This document shows, piece by piece, positions 1-9,478 of a stretch of 64,000 nt of DNA. A model generated the notes under the pieces. That model did no database searches. It was given only the letters and a program-made list of their open reading frames with translations, and had not been told where the DNA came from. The position numbers and the translations under genes are program-made. The DNA lies in the NCBI GenBank assembly GCA_965209035.1, contig OZ242372.1, positions 512,001-576,000 of the forward strand. Direction: 5' to 3'. The stretch comes from Gammaproteobacteria bacterium (GTDB lineage: Bacteria > Pseudomonadota > Gammaproteobacteria > CBDBNL01 > JAAOII01). The number at the start of each line of letters is the position of its first letter. Within the stretch, counting starts at the first letter, position 1.

Positions 1-1580
1 TTTAACAGTATCTCTTTTTTTATCGGTAAATTATATTCTTCTCTATACTTCTTAATAAACTCTAAAAACTCTTGCTTGGAGAGTTCTTTCTGATCTTCGG
101 AAAAAAGTGCATAGGCAAGTTCCGTTAAAAAATTCATATAAGTATCCATATCTTTATCTTCCACTCCTTTTTTACGTAGAAAACAATATATCAACGCCTG
201 ATAACAATATCCTTGTGAGGTGATTTTGATTTCCAGAGAGCTCATTGACCATAGAGAAACCACAGATAAAATATAAAATGGATATGCTGGCATGATACCA
301 CCGCCAAATGCCTTGCCTAAAATAGCGTTAACTTGTTCCGTGGCTTGATCAATCTTGTCATATTTTTCATTCTCAGAATTAGAGGAGTTATTTATCCGTA
401 ACCATTTTTTCATCAACTTATTACGAAGTGACGGGGGACATTCTTTAATTTTAAAATGAGTATATGAAGCCAGTAGTTTTTTATCCTGAATGTTAAGTTC
501 ATGGATATCATCTACTATAATTATTTTGCGTTTATATGATGATAAGTATTCGACATGTTTCTCTCGATCATTGGCTAAATGAAAATTATCAACAATAGGG
601 ACTATTCTACTTCTTGGTTCTTTTAAAATCTCTTCTTTTAAAGAATCAGAAGGAATATCATACTGCTTGATCAGAGCATCTTCTATTCTATTTTTTAAGA
701 GTCCCTTTAGAGAATTCTCTTTATCTAAAAGATATACGGGTATCAAGTTTTGCTCTCTTAGATGCAGAAAGATTTTTCTACAAAGTGTTGTCTTACCTGA
801 TTGCCCTTCCCCTGCGATAAGAATTGCCGGATATTCATCTAAATTCTGTAAAAGTTCTTCAAAAGAAATATCGCCTTCATGCTCTCGCATATCGTCATAA
901 CACAATAATTCGGGAGATATAAAAATATCATCGATGCTTATTTCTTTTTTAGAATGTGCACTTGTCAACATATCAGCACTTTCTAGCTCTTTAACAAAAT
1001 CTTTTTTTACTTTTAATTTTTTAAATTGAATCTCAGAATCGATAACTTTTTTTAATGAGTGGCTAACATTTTCCCACCCTTTTTGGGGCGAATCATAACT
1101 GTCAATTTCTTTACCATCCTTCGTCGATGCTAATAACTTGGAAAGGTCTTCATCTTTTTTCCAACTACATTGAGATAATATTATCGGAACAACCGATATC
1201 TGCTTATCCTGTCGTAAAGAAAGAGCGACATCTTTCTCCTTTTGACAACTTTCTGAATCATTAAAATTTGCCGAGATAAGAAGGCAAACAATATCTGAAT
1301 TTTTAAGATTATCATCAATATCTTTATTGAATTCTTTACCCGCCCGTATTTCTTGATCACACCACCATTCAATTGATATTTTATCTTTATAAACAGTTTG
1401 CTGCAATTTTTCCAAACATTTCACAAAATGGTCTTTCTGTTCTTTATTCTGATGCGAATAACTGATAAATAATTTCAACTTATCGTTTTTTGTATCCTCT
1501 ACTACGATAGCCTCCTGATCTACAATAGATTCTGAGGGTTTTTGTAAATCAAAGTTGCCTTGATTTTTTGAACTGTTCAT
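1..1580 (-). CDS. TIR domain + STAND/NACHT-like P-loop NTPase (C-terminus runs off the window edge); probable anti-phage protein
   Basis: Translated by hand from ATG at 1580 (GGAG about 8 nt upstream); absent from the ORF track because no stop lies in the window. TIR motifs KLFISYSH, WCDQEIRAG, DIVCLLISANF..SESCQKE, VVPIIL; Walker A IAGEGQSGKTT; Walker B-like PIVDNFH. Very AT-rich. Confidence 0.85.
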   Translation of the reverse strand, partial: MNSSKNQGNFDLQKPSESIVDQEAIVVEDTKNDKLKLFISYSHQNKEQKDHFVKCLEKLQQTVYKDKISIEWWCDQEIRAGKEFNKDIDDNLKNSDIVCLLISANFNDSESCQKEKDVALSLRQDKQISVVPIILSQCSWKKDEDLSKLLASTKDGKEIDSYDSPQKGWENVSHSLKKVIDSEIQFKKLKVKKDFVKELESADMLTSAHSKKEISIDDIFISPELLCYDDMREHEGDISFEELLQNLDEYPAILIAGEGQSGKTTLCRKIFLHLREQNLIPVYLLDKENSLKGLLKNRIEDALIKQYDIPSDSLKEEILKEPRSRIVPIVDNFHLANDREKHVEYLSSYKRKIIIVDDIHELNIQDKKLLASYTHFKIKECPPSLRNKLMKKWLRINNSSNSENEKYDKIDQATEQVNAILGKAFGGGIMPAYPFYILSVVSLWSMSSLEIKITSQGYCYQALIYCFLRKKGVEDKDMDTYMNFLTELAYALFSEDQKELSKQEFLEFIKKYREEYNLPIKKEILL

Positions 1581-1656
1581 TGAAATAAACTCCATAAATT
1601 GAATATAAATTATTTATCCAAAATTATAACATAGATTTCAAGTTGACCTAGTGTGT

Positions 1657-1752
1657 TGTATCATCCCAACCAGTTTCGGACTCTTTGCGTTTTTGCCTGT
1701 TTTTGTCCAAGCCTGTGGGAGTGGTTAACGCGCATAACGCGCATAATGGGGA
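1657..1752 (-). mobile_element. Decayed right end of the IS481-family element
   Basis: TGTATCATCCCAACCAGTTTCGGACT...GCATAATGGGGA resembles the reverse complement of the intact IS right end (TGTATGATCCCACCCATTTCTGGACT...GCATAATGGGGA). Confidence 0.65.
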
Positions 1753-1898
1753 TGCCGGGCAGTTTGACAGTTTGATATACCCGGCACAGATAAAAGCCTG
1801 ACTTATGCATGTCGGTTTGCCGTATCTCTATAATGGAATATGATTAACCGCACATTAATAAATAGTCACGAAATAATAACGAAAATAACGAATACCCG

Positions 1899-3305
1899 AT
1901 GAACTCTGTTGTCACACGATTTGCCCCCAGCCCGACCGGTCATCTGCATATTGGCGGGGCGAGAACCGCCCTCTTTTGTTTCTTGTTCAGTCGCCGCCAT
2001 AACGGGAAGTTTCTTTTGCGTTTGGAGGACACCGATAAAAAAAGATCCAAAGAAGAGTATGCGACATCTATTCTGGAATCGCTGCGATGGCTTGGGTTGG
2101 GTTGGGACGGCGAGGTGATCCGGCAAAGCGAACGCCTCCATATTTATACCGACGTTGCCGGGCGTCTGCTGGAAACCGGACACGCATACGGCTGTGTTTG
2201 TCCGCCGGAAAGACTCGCGGAAATCCGAACAAAGCAATTAAAAGCCGGTGAAAAGCCGAAATACGACGGCTGCTGCCGGGACCGGGATATCCCCGCATCC
2301 GCACCGGGACGGGTGCTGCGTTTTCGCAATCCGCAAGCGGGGCAGACCGTCCTCAAAGATTTGGTAAAGGGAGAAGTGCGCGTTGAGAATACGGAATTGG
2401 ACGATATGATCCTACTGCGCTCCGACGGTTCCCCCACCTACAATCTCTGTGCCGTTGCGGACGATATTGAAACAGGCGTGACACATGTGTTGCGCGGCGA
2501 CGACCATCTGACGAATAGCATTCGCCAACTTTGTCTTTATGCCGCTCTCCGCCAGGCACCGCCGCATTTTGCCCATCTGCCACTCATCCTTAATCCGGAA
2601 GGGAAAAGACTCTCCAAACGTGATGCAGCCGAAAGCATTCTCGCCTATCGGGACAAACTGCACATTCTGCCGGAAGCCCTTTGCTGCTATCTGGCAAGGC
2701 TTGGCTGGTCGCACAAAGACAAGGAATTTTTTGAGCGCGCAGAACTGATTGAACTTTTTGGTATTGAAGCCATTCAAAAGTCGCCCGCCGGCTATGATGA
2801 AAAGAAACTCCGCAGGATCAACACCTTGTTTCTGAAACAACTGCCACCGGCAAGGCTGGCGCCTCTCTTAAAAGAAATTTTGCCACCCGAATGCGATGCC
2901 TTATTCGAGCGAACGGACGCGCAGGCTCTGATGCAATATCATCTGGAGCGTGCCGAAGACCTGCCGGGTATGGCGGACGAACTGACTGTTTATTGCCGCC
3001 AGCCGCAAGAATTTCCAACCAATAACAAGTTCATCAGCGGCGAAACACCGCATTATCTGCGGACCCTAAGCGAACAACTGGGTAAGATCCAAGACTGGCG
3101 GGCGGATAACATCAAAACAACTTTGCAACTTTTAACGGAAAAACTCGGCATTCGTTATCCGGAATTGGGGATGCCTTTGCGTATTGCTCTGACCGGAAAA
3201 GAGAAGTCCGCGCCAACCCAAGATATTGCCTTTTTTCTTGGAAAGCAAAAAACATGCAACCGGCTTGACAGACTGCGGGATCGCCTTCGCCCGCCCTCGG
3301 CATAA
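1899..3305 (+). CDS. gltX: Glutamate--tRNA ligase
   Basis: TRFAPSPTGHLHIGG, LRLEDTD, THVLRGDDH, RLSKR motifs. Confidence 0.97.
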   Translation: MNSVVTRFAPSPTGHLHIGGARTALFCFLFSRRHNGKFLLRLEDTDKKRSKEEYATSILESLRWLGLGWDGEVIRQSERLHIYTDVAGRLLETGHAYGCVCPPERLAEIRTKQLKAGEKPKYDGCCRDRDIPASAPGRVLRFRNPQAGQTVLKDLVKGEVRVENTELDDMILLRSDGSPTYNLCAVADDIETGVTHVLRGDDHLTNSIRQLCLYAALRQAPPHFAHLPLILNPEGKRLSKRDAAESILAYRDKLHILPEALCCYLARLGWSHKDKEFFERAELIELFGIEAIQKSPAGYDEKKLRRINTLFLKQLPPARLAPLLKEILPPECDALFERTDAQALMQYHLERAEDLPGMADELTVYCRQPQEFPTNNKFISGETPHYLRTLSEQLGKIQDWRADNIKTTLQLLTEKLGIRYPELGMPLRIALTGKEKSAPTQDIAFFLGKQKTCNRLDRLRDRLRPPSA

Positions 3306-3899
3306 ATGGAGTTAATCCTGGCTTCCGGTTCCGCACCGAGGGCGCAAATTCTAAAAGAAGCGGGCTTTATTTTTCGCGTTTACAAGACAAATATCAAAGA
3401 AGGTATGCCGGATGGGACGGAAGATCCGCGTCGCTATGTTGTCCGCTTGGCACGGGATAAGGCACAGGCGGCGCATCTGCAATTTCCGGGGGATTTGATT
3501 TTAGCGGCCGACACGATGGTACTCGGCGCAACCGGGGAACTGGTTGGTAAGCCGGCTTCCTTACGCCAGGCAACCCGGCTGCTAAGCGAACGCAGCGCAT
3601 CTTCGGAAGAGGTTCTGACAGGATTCTGCCTTCGCCATGCACACGGAATTTTTACGGGGTGTGCCGTTGCGCGTATCTTCTACAAAAAGATCCCAACCGC
3701 GATCCGGGAGAAGATTCTGACAACCAAAGAATGGGAGGGAGTTTGCGGCGGACTCAGAATAGAAGGGGCCATAGGTCCCTACATCCTGCGGCTGCGGGGC
3801 GACCGCGACAATGTGATGGGCTTGCCGCTGCGAGAAATTGCGCCGCTGATCAAACAGATCATGGCGGAGACGAAAAAGCGGGGGCTTTGCGTCGGATGA
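3306..3899 (+). CDS. maf: Maf family nucleoside triphosphate pyrophosphatase
   Basis: LILASGSAPRAQIL, ILAADTMV, GKP, NVMGLP. Confidence 0.9.
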   Translation: MELILASGSAPRAQILKEAGFIFRVYKTNIKEGMPDGTEDPRRYVVRLARDKAQAAHLQFPGDLILAADTMVLGATGELVGKPASLRQATRLLSERSASSEEVLTGFCLRHAHGIFTGCAVARIFYKKIPTAIREKILTTKEWEGVCGGLRIEGAIGPYILRLRGDRDNVMGLPLREIAPLIKQIMAETKKRGLCVG

Positions 3900-5218
3900 A
3901 CCGGCTCCTGTCATTATCAAAACTGCGCTTTCTCGCAGGCTCATCAGTGGCAGCCTTAATAGCCGCTTTAATAGCCGCCTTAACAATAACAGTCCTTTCG
4001 GTATCTTCCGTCCGGGCGGCCGACGAGCGGCAGATCTTCAAAGAGATTGTCGCCGCGGCACCTCAGGCGGGCATTCTGCTGGAACGCGACGGAAAAACAC
4101 TTCTGTCCCGCCATGCGGATCGCCTCTATGTGCCGGCATCCTTGGTCAAGATTCCGCTCGCCCTGTCCGCTTATGAGTTGCTCGGCGATGCGCATCGCTT
4201 TGTCACAGACTTTTATACGGACGACCGAAATAATCTGTTAATTCACGGTCGCGGCGACCCGTTTTTGGTAAGCGAAGAATGGCATCTCATAGCCCGGCAA
4301 ATCAAACTGGCGGGATACTCCCGGTTCAACGAATTGTTCTTGGATACCTCTCTCTTTCGCGATCTTGCCTTGCCCGGTGGCGGGAATTCGCAAAACCCTT
4401 ATGACGCGTCTTTTGGTTCCTTGTTTGTTAACTTTAATACGATGAATCTCAAGTTACGCCAAGACGGCACGGTGGTCTCGGCGGAGAAGCAAACACCCAC
4501 TCTGCCGGTGATGCAATCCTACGCCGACAAGCTACTATGTTGTGAAAAAAATGAGCGTATTAATGTGGGCAAGGATCCGGCGGCCGCCGACCGATACACA
4601 GCCGAGTTGGTGCGGCGTATTTTTCGTGCCAATGGCATCACTTTCACGGACCTCTCTTCTCTCAACTCTTTCAAAACGGGGGCTGTGGCAAAAGGCAACT
4701 GGCGTCTTATGTATCGGCATAAGAACTCGCGCACACTGGCAAAAATCCTCGGCGACATGCTTTACTATTCCACCAACATTGTTGCCAATGCGATTTTGAT
4801 GCAGTTTGCAACGGACCGGCACCGGCACCGGCAAAGCACCCCCACTTTACAGGATGCCTTAAACAAGTGGCACACGTCTCTCAAAAGAGCCCTGCGAGTG
4901 ATACCCGAGGCGCTTGGCACGGGTACAAGCACAGAATTGCATCTTTACGAAGGAGCCGGGCTGGACAGAAACAATCGGATGAGTGCGCGCATGATGGCAA
5001 GACTGTTGCGCCGATTTGCACCGCATAAAAATCTGCTACGCTACTATGAACCTACCGAAGCGTCCTATAAAACGGGAACGCTGGACGGTGTCTGTAATGC
5101 GGCCGGCTTTCTAAAGAGCGGGGCCATATTCGCCCTGTTCACTGCCTCTTGCGAAGAAAGAGATCGGGTGATTGCACTTCTCGCCCGAGCGGACACACGC
5201 CAATACAAAAGACACTAA
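3896..5218 (+). CDS. dacB: D-Ala-D-Ala carboxypeptidase/endopeptidase (peptidase S13, PBP4-like)
   Basis: SxxK (PASLVK), GRGDP, SxN (STN), GAGLDR, KTGTL; start moved to ATG 3896 (ATGA overlap with maf), followed by a hydrophobic signal. Confidence 0.85.
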   Translation: MNRLLSLSKLRFLAGSSVAALIAALIAALTITVLSVSSVRAADERQIFKEIVAAAPQAGILLERDGKTLLSRHADRLYVPASLVKIPLALSAYELLGDAHRFVTDFYTDDRNNLLIHGRGDPFLVSEEWHLIARQIKLAGYSRFNELFLDTSLFRDLALPGGGNSQNPYDASFGSLFVNFNTMNLKLRQDGTVVSAEKQTPTLPVMQSYADKLLCCEKNERINVGKDPAAADRYTAELVRRIFRANGITFTDLSSLNSFKTGAVAKGNWRLMYRHKNSRTLAKILGDMLYYSTNIVANAILMQFATDRHRHRQSTPTLQDALNKWHTSLKRALRVIPEALGTGTSTELHLYEGAGLDRNNRMSARMMARLLRRFAPHKNLLRYYEPTEASYKTGTLDGVCNAAGFLKSGAIFALFTASCEERDRVIALLARADTRQYKRH

Positions 5219-5389
5219 ATGCCGCCTCAAATCCAGATCCCGCCAAAGTACTGTCCAAACTAAAATATACCGACCGAAAGAACCATAGCAGCCGCAGCGA
5301 TTCTGCCGGTCGCCTGTGATAAAATTAAACAATTAAAGCATTAAACTATATCGAAATCAAATTACCGCATAAGCCTTACCAAGCAATCA

Positions 5390-6844
5390 ATGAAATTTTT
5401 ATTAGAATCTAAGTCAAAAATAAGTAACGAACCGGAATACTACGAATACGGCAGACACGGTATTTCCGCCGAACAGATAAACCCGGTCGCTTTGACGGCG
5501 GTTCGCCGCTTAAAAGGAAAAGGGTATCAGGCTTATGTTGTCGGCGGTTGTTTGCGGGACCTCTTGTCGGGTGTAGATCCCAAGGATTTTGATGTGGTAA
5601 CAGATGCCTTGCCGCAACAAATAAAAGAAGCATTACCCGGCTCTATCATCATTGGGAAAAGATTTCAATTGGTGCATTTTCGTCGCAAAAAAACTATCAT
5701 TGAAATTTCCACTTTTCGGGGCAAACACAAAAGCGTTCTCAAGCGCTTCTTTCTCTTTTTCTTACTCATTCTTGACCGGAGGCGGCAACAGTACATCCGC
5801 CACAATACTTTCGGCACCATGGCCGAAGATGTGCATCGTCGCGACATCACCATTAATGCTCTTTATTATGACCCCGATAAACAAATTATTATTGATCATG
5901 TGGGCGCGATGCAAGACATTCAAAACAACATAGCCCGCATGATCGGCAACACAGAAACAAGATTTGAGGAAGACCCTATGCGAATGATCCGAGTCCTGCG
6001 TTTTGCGGCAAAACTTGATCTGCAATTGGCGCCGGACATTGAGCCCGCCATACGCAAAATGCATCAACATATTGACAAACTACCCAGTGCCCGACTCTTT
6101 GATGAGTACTTAAAACTGTTTTGCACCTCGCACGGACTTAAGAGTTACGAGATGATCAAAAAATTCAATCTCTTCGGTTATTTCTTTGTTCAAACGGAAG
6201 AACCGCTCAGCCCGGTCGATGAAAAAATTATTCTCGCAGCTCTGCAAAACAACGATGAAAGAATAACCAAGCATCTTTTTTACACACCGGCTTTTTTATT
6301 AAGTATTTTTCTTTGGTTTCCTTACCGGGACAATCTGCAAAAACACTTTACCGACAAGAATGAAAAGAAAAAAAACAGATATGGTTATTTTTGTGAAAAA
6401 CACGAACAAACCTGCCGCGAACTTTTTTATGAGCAGAAAAACATCATGCTGGTATTCCATAAGTTTAAGGAGCGAATCAACAATATTTGGGGGATGCAAT
6501 ATAACCTGTTACGGTGTGACGAAGAACATACAAATCGTGTGACGACTAAAAAAGATTTTCCGATCAGTTATGACTTTTTGAAATTATTGGCTGTCGGTTA
6601 TCCGGAAATGGAGGTCGCGGTAAACTTCTGGAAAAAATTTTCCCACCAAAAGAAACAGCAACACAAAAAACAAGAGTTTAACAAAGCACATAGTCCGCTT
6701 GACATTAAAGAGATGAAGGAGATGCCAAAAAAACGGAAAGGGCACTCTTCTCGGCATTCGAGGTATTCCTCGCCTTCCCGACTGGAAGATCCGGCAAAAA
6801 GCAAAGAACAGAACTCATCCGGTCAGCCGGAAGACACTTCTTAA
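5390..6844 (+). CDS. pcnB: Poly(A) polymerase I
   Basis: VGGCLRDLL..PKDFDV, PAP-type signature IIGKRFQLVHF, RRDITINAL, EDPMRMIR; followed by folK. Confidence 0.9.
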   Translation: MKFLLESKSKISNEPEYYEYGRHGISAEQINPVALTAVRRLKGKGYQAYVVGGCLRDLLSGVDPKDFDVVTDALPQQIKEALPGSIIIGKRFQLVHFRRKKTIIEISTFRGKHKSVLKRFFLFFLLILDRRRQQYIRHNTFGTMAEDVHRRDITINALYYDPDKQIIIDHVGAMQDIQNNIARMIGNTETRFEEDPMRMIRVLRFAAKLDLQLAPDIEPAIRKMHQHIDKLPSARLFDEYLKLFCTSHGLKSYEMIKKFNLFGYFFVQTEEPLSPVDEKIILAALQNNDERITKHLFYTPAFLLSIFLWFPYRDNLQKHFTDKNEKKKNRYGYFCEKHEQTCRELFYEQKNIMLVFHKFKERINNIWGMQYNLLRCDEEHTNRVTTKKDFPISYDFLKLLAVGYPEMEVAVNFWKKFSHQKKQQHKKQEFNKAHSPLDIKEMKEMPKKRKGHSSRHSRYSSPSRLEDPAKSKEQNSSGQPEDTS

Positions 6845-6864
6845 ATTAAACGCCGATCTAAAAG

Positions 6865-7482
6865 ATGCTTAGGCAATGCTGTCTGGGCCTGGGTGCCAAT
6901 CTTGGAAATCCTGTTCGCCAAATTGAAGATGCTGTCCGCGAATTATTTTCTCTGCCGGGGGTAACCGACTGTTGTTGCTCTTCGTTGTATATTTCTCATG
7001 CCATGACCAAAGAGAACGAATGTCAGGCCGACTATGTCAATGCGGTTGTCAAACTGCGGACGGATATGCTGCCGGACGAGTTACTAAAACAAACCCAAAG
7101 AATTGAAATCAAAATAGGACGCAGCAAGAAAAACGGGAAAAACGGGAAAAACGGGAAGAACGGGGAGAGCAAGGTATGGCAACCCAGAGTAATGGACATA
7201 GATATTTTACTTATGGGGGACCTGGAAGTATCCGAACCGAAACTTACCCTGCCACACCCGGGATTATTTGTGCGCCCTTTTGTTCTTTATCCGCTTAATG
7301 AAATATTGCCGAATCTCTCCCTTGGCAACGGCAGCACGGTCAATTCCTGTGCCGTCGCGGTCAAAGACCTGTGGAATACGCGCCGGCTTGAAGATACCCG
7401 ACAAAACAATGTAAAAGAAAGGAAACAACCGGCGGCACTCGGCGACTGCGGCGAAGTTACCGCACTGAACACACTCCAATGA
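6865..7482 (+). CDS. folK: 2-amino-4-hydroxy-6-hydroxymethyldihydropteridine diphosphokinase
   Basis: LGLGANLG, YVNAV, WQPRVMDIDIL, LPHP..RPFVL; contains a KNG x4 insertion. Confidence 0.93.
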   Translation: MLRQCCLGLGANLGNPVRQIEDAVRELFSLPGVTDCCCSSLYISHAMTKENECQADYVNAVVKLRTDMLPDELLKQTQRIEIKIGRSKKNGKNGKNGKNGESKVWQPRVMDIDILLMGDLEVSEPKLTLPHPGLFVRPFVLYPLNEILPNLSLGNGSTVNSCAVAVKDLWNTRRLEDTRQNNVKERKQPAALGDCGEVTALNTLQ

Positions 7483-7895
7483 GTTTTGCCAAATATTTGA
7501 AAAAGAGTATCCGATTCGCAGTTCTTCCGCTACTGCTGGTCGGCTGTATCTACCGACTTGAAATCTCTCAAGGAAGTATTCTAAAAAAAGAAGATGTGGA
7601 AAAATTAAGAATCGGGATGAACAAAGCACAAGCGGAGTACATTCTCGGCGGCCCCAGCCTGGACCCGACTTTTGATCCGAACAGGTGGGATTATGTTTAC
7701 AGATTGATAGATCGTAAGAAGCGCATCACCTATAAAAAAGGATATCTCATCTTTGAGGACGACATCTTGACCGAAATTCATATGGAAGCATTCGCCGAAG
7801 ATAGCCCGGAAGAAAACCCCAAAGAAAGCCACAAAGATAGCCCGGAAGATAATCCCGAAGATAAAAAGCCTTTAAGAAAACAAAGAGGCGAGTAA
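7479..7895 (+). CDS. bamE: Outer membrane assembly lipoprotein BamE
   Basis: Lipobox LVGC, ISQG, GMNKAQAEYILGGP, RWDYVY. Confidence 0.9.
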   Translation: MSFAKYLKKSIRFAVLPLLLVGCIYRLEISQGSILKKEDVEKLRIGMNKAQAEYILGGPSLDPTFDPNRWDYVYRLIDRKKRITYKKGYLIFEDDILTEIHMEAFAEDSPEENPKESHKDSPEDNPEDKKPLRKQRGE

Positions 7896-7896
7896 G

Positions 7897-8274
7897 TTGA
7901 GTAAGTTAACAACCCAAACTCCCGCCAAGGTACATTCATCCGCCAAGGCGCATTCACCCGCCAAGGTGCGTTTGCCCGCCAAGGTGCGATTAGAAGTTGC
8001 TTTGGCTTTGCCGGAGGAACAACATATCGCCAAGGTTTCTGTCCCGCCCGGAACGAACATTTTGCATGCCATAGAACTTTCAAACATTTTTGAACTGTTT
8101 GATCGGGAAGTGCCGGCGGAACTGCATCGGTTGGAATACGGAGTTGGTATTTCGGGCAAGGAAATCAAACAACCCGCGGAATATATTCCCCAAAACGGCG
8201 AGCGAATAGAAATTTATCGTCCCCTGTTAATAGACCCGAAACAAGCCCGGCTGAACAGAATCCGGAAGAAATAG
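7897..8274 (+). CDS. rnfH: RnfH/RatB (YfjF) ubiquitin-like protein
   Basis: GVGISGK, GERIEIYRPLLIDPKQAR; start uncertain (TTG, N-terminal PAKV repeats). Confidence 0.85.
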   Translation: MSKLTTQTPAKVHSSAKAHSPAKVRLPAKVRLEVALALPEEQHIAKVSVPPGTNILHAIELSNIFELFDREVPAELHRLEYGVGISGKEIKQPAEYIPQNGERIEIYRPLLIDPKQARLNRIRKK

Positions 8275-8296
8275 TCTTCGTTACAGAGGTTCTTCT

Positions 8297-8761
8297 ATGG
8301 CAAAAAAAAAGACTTCGCCGAACAGCATCTGTGAAAACAGGCGCGCCCGGCATGATTATGAAATCCTTGAAAAATTTGAAGCGGGTATGATGCTGCAAGG
8401 CTGGGAAGTCAAGTCGCTGCGCGAAGGCAAGGCCCAGATTATCAATTCTTATATTCGCTTTCTGGGAGACGAGTTGTTTTTAGTCGGCGCACACATTCAA
8501 CCGCCCGACCATATCTCGGCACAGACAGATTACGACGAGGGACGCAGTCGCAAACTATTGATGCAACGCAAAGAGATCAACAAAATTAAAGGCTCTCTGC
8601 AAACCAAAGGGCTTGCATGTGTCCCGCTAAGATTGAAATGGAAAAAGCAGTTTGTCAAATGCGATATCGCACTGGGGCGCGGGAAAAAACTGCACGACAA
8701 ACGTGCCGCCATCAAAGAACGCGATATTCAAAGAAGTTTGCGAAAAAAAGAGGATTACTAA
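8297..8761 (+). CDS. smpB: SsrA-binding protein
   Basis: NRRARHDY, EAGMMLQGWEVKSLR, RKLL, GKKLHDKR. Confidence 0.96.
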   Translation: MAKKKTSPNSICENRRARHDYEILEKFEAGMMLQGWEVKSLREGKAQIINSYIRFLGDELFLVGAHIQPPDHISAQTDYDEGRSRKLLMQRKEINKIKGSLQTKGLACVPLRLKWKKQFVKCDIALGRGKKLHDKRAAIKERDIQRSLRKKEDY

Positions 8762-9049
8762 TACCGGTTACCGGGCTGAAATACAAAAATATTTTTGTAA
8801 GGTGTTTGATTGATAAGATTTGATTGATAAGAAAAAATCCCTATAATAATAAGTGATATGGCGAAGAGAAGTAAAAAACCGTTCTCCCTGTTGATGGTTT
8901 TTGTCGGTCCGATTGGAACCGGAAACGAGGGATTTTTTAATGCCGGTGATTTTTGTCCTTTTTGTTCTTTTTGTCCTTTTTGTAATGCCTTTTTCCGGCA
9001 ATTTTTGGCTGAGAGCAAAATTTTACCCTCCAAACCGGAAGAACGAATT

Positions 9050-9395
9050 GGGGGCGTCAGGTTTCGACGTCCTATGGAAGCTTGTAATAGCATGCCGAGT
9101 TGCGGAAACTCGTAAAACTTTCGCAGCCATTAGTAACCGGCGAAGAAAATAGTTACGCTCTGGCTGCTTAACGCAGCCTCTCTGTGAATTGCCCGTCCCG
9201 GGACGCGATTTACAGAGTCGGAAACCCGGGATAGTCAGATCTTCTTTCTTGCGGAAGGTCGGGCGAAACTCTTGCAAGACATTTGCCGGCACAAATGTGC
9301 CGTTTCATTAACCGGCAAATAGTAAGAAGCGGCTATGTATGTAGAAGTTACCGGCAGATATTTGACGGACGCGGGTTCAATTCCCGCCGCCTCCA
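9050..9395 (+). ncRNA. ssrA: tmRNA; tag peptide (A)GEENSYALAA at 9139-9171
   Basis: 5' GGGGGCG pairs with 3' CGCCTCC-A (G3:U pair); GTTTCGAC D-loop-like segment; T-arm GCGGGTTCAATTCCCGC; tag ends YALAA-stop; downstream of smpB. Confidence 0.95.
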
Positions 9396-9478
9396 TTTTT
9401 GGATTTTTTAATCTTCCGCAACAGACTGCGGATGACATCAAGAACATTACAAACCAATGGTTACTAATTAATAAAAGA

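Noticed and set aside
5390-6844. Calling this gene the CCA-adding enzyme
   Set aside because: It has the poly(A) polymerase signature (IIGKRFQLVHF) and the pcnB-folK context
9335-9478. N-terminal extension of pgi given by the ORF track
   Set aside because: Overlaps the tmRNA 3' end; the track's longer starts for dacB, mutY, rpsD, rpsH, rpmC, rplD and the MTase were trimmed for similar overlap reasons
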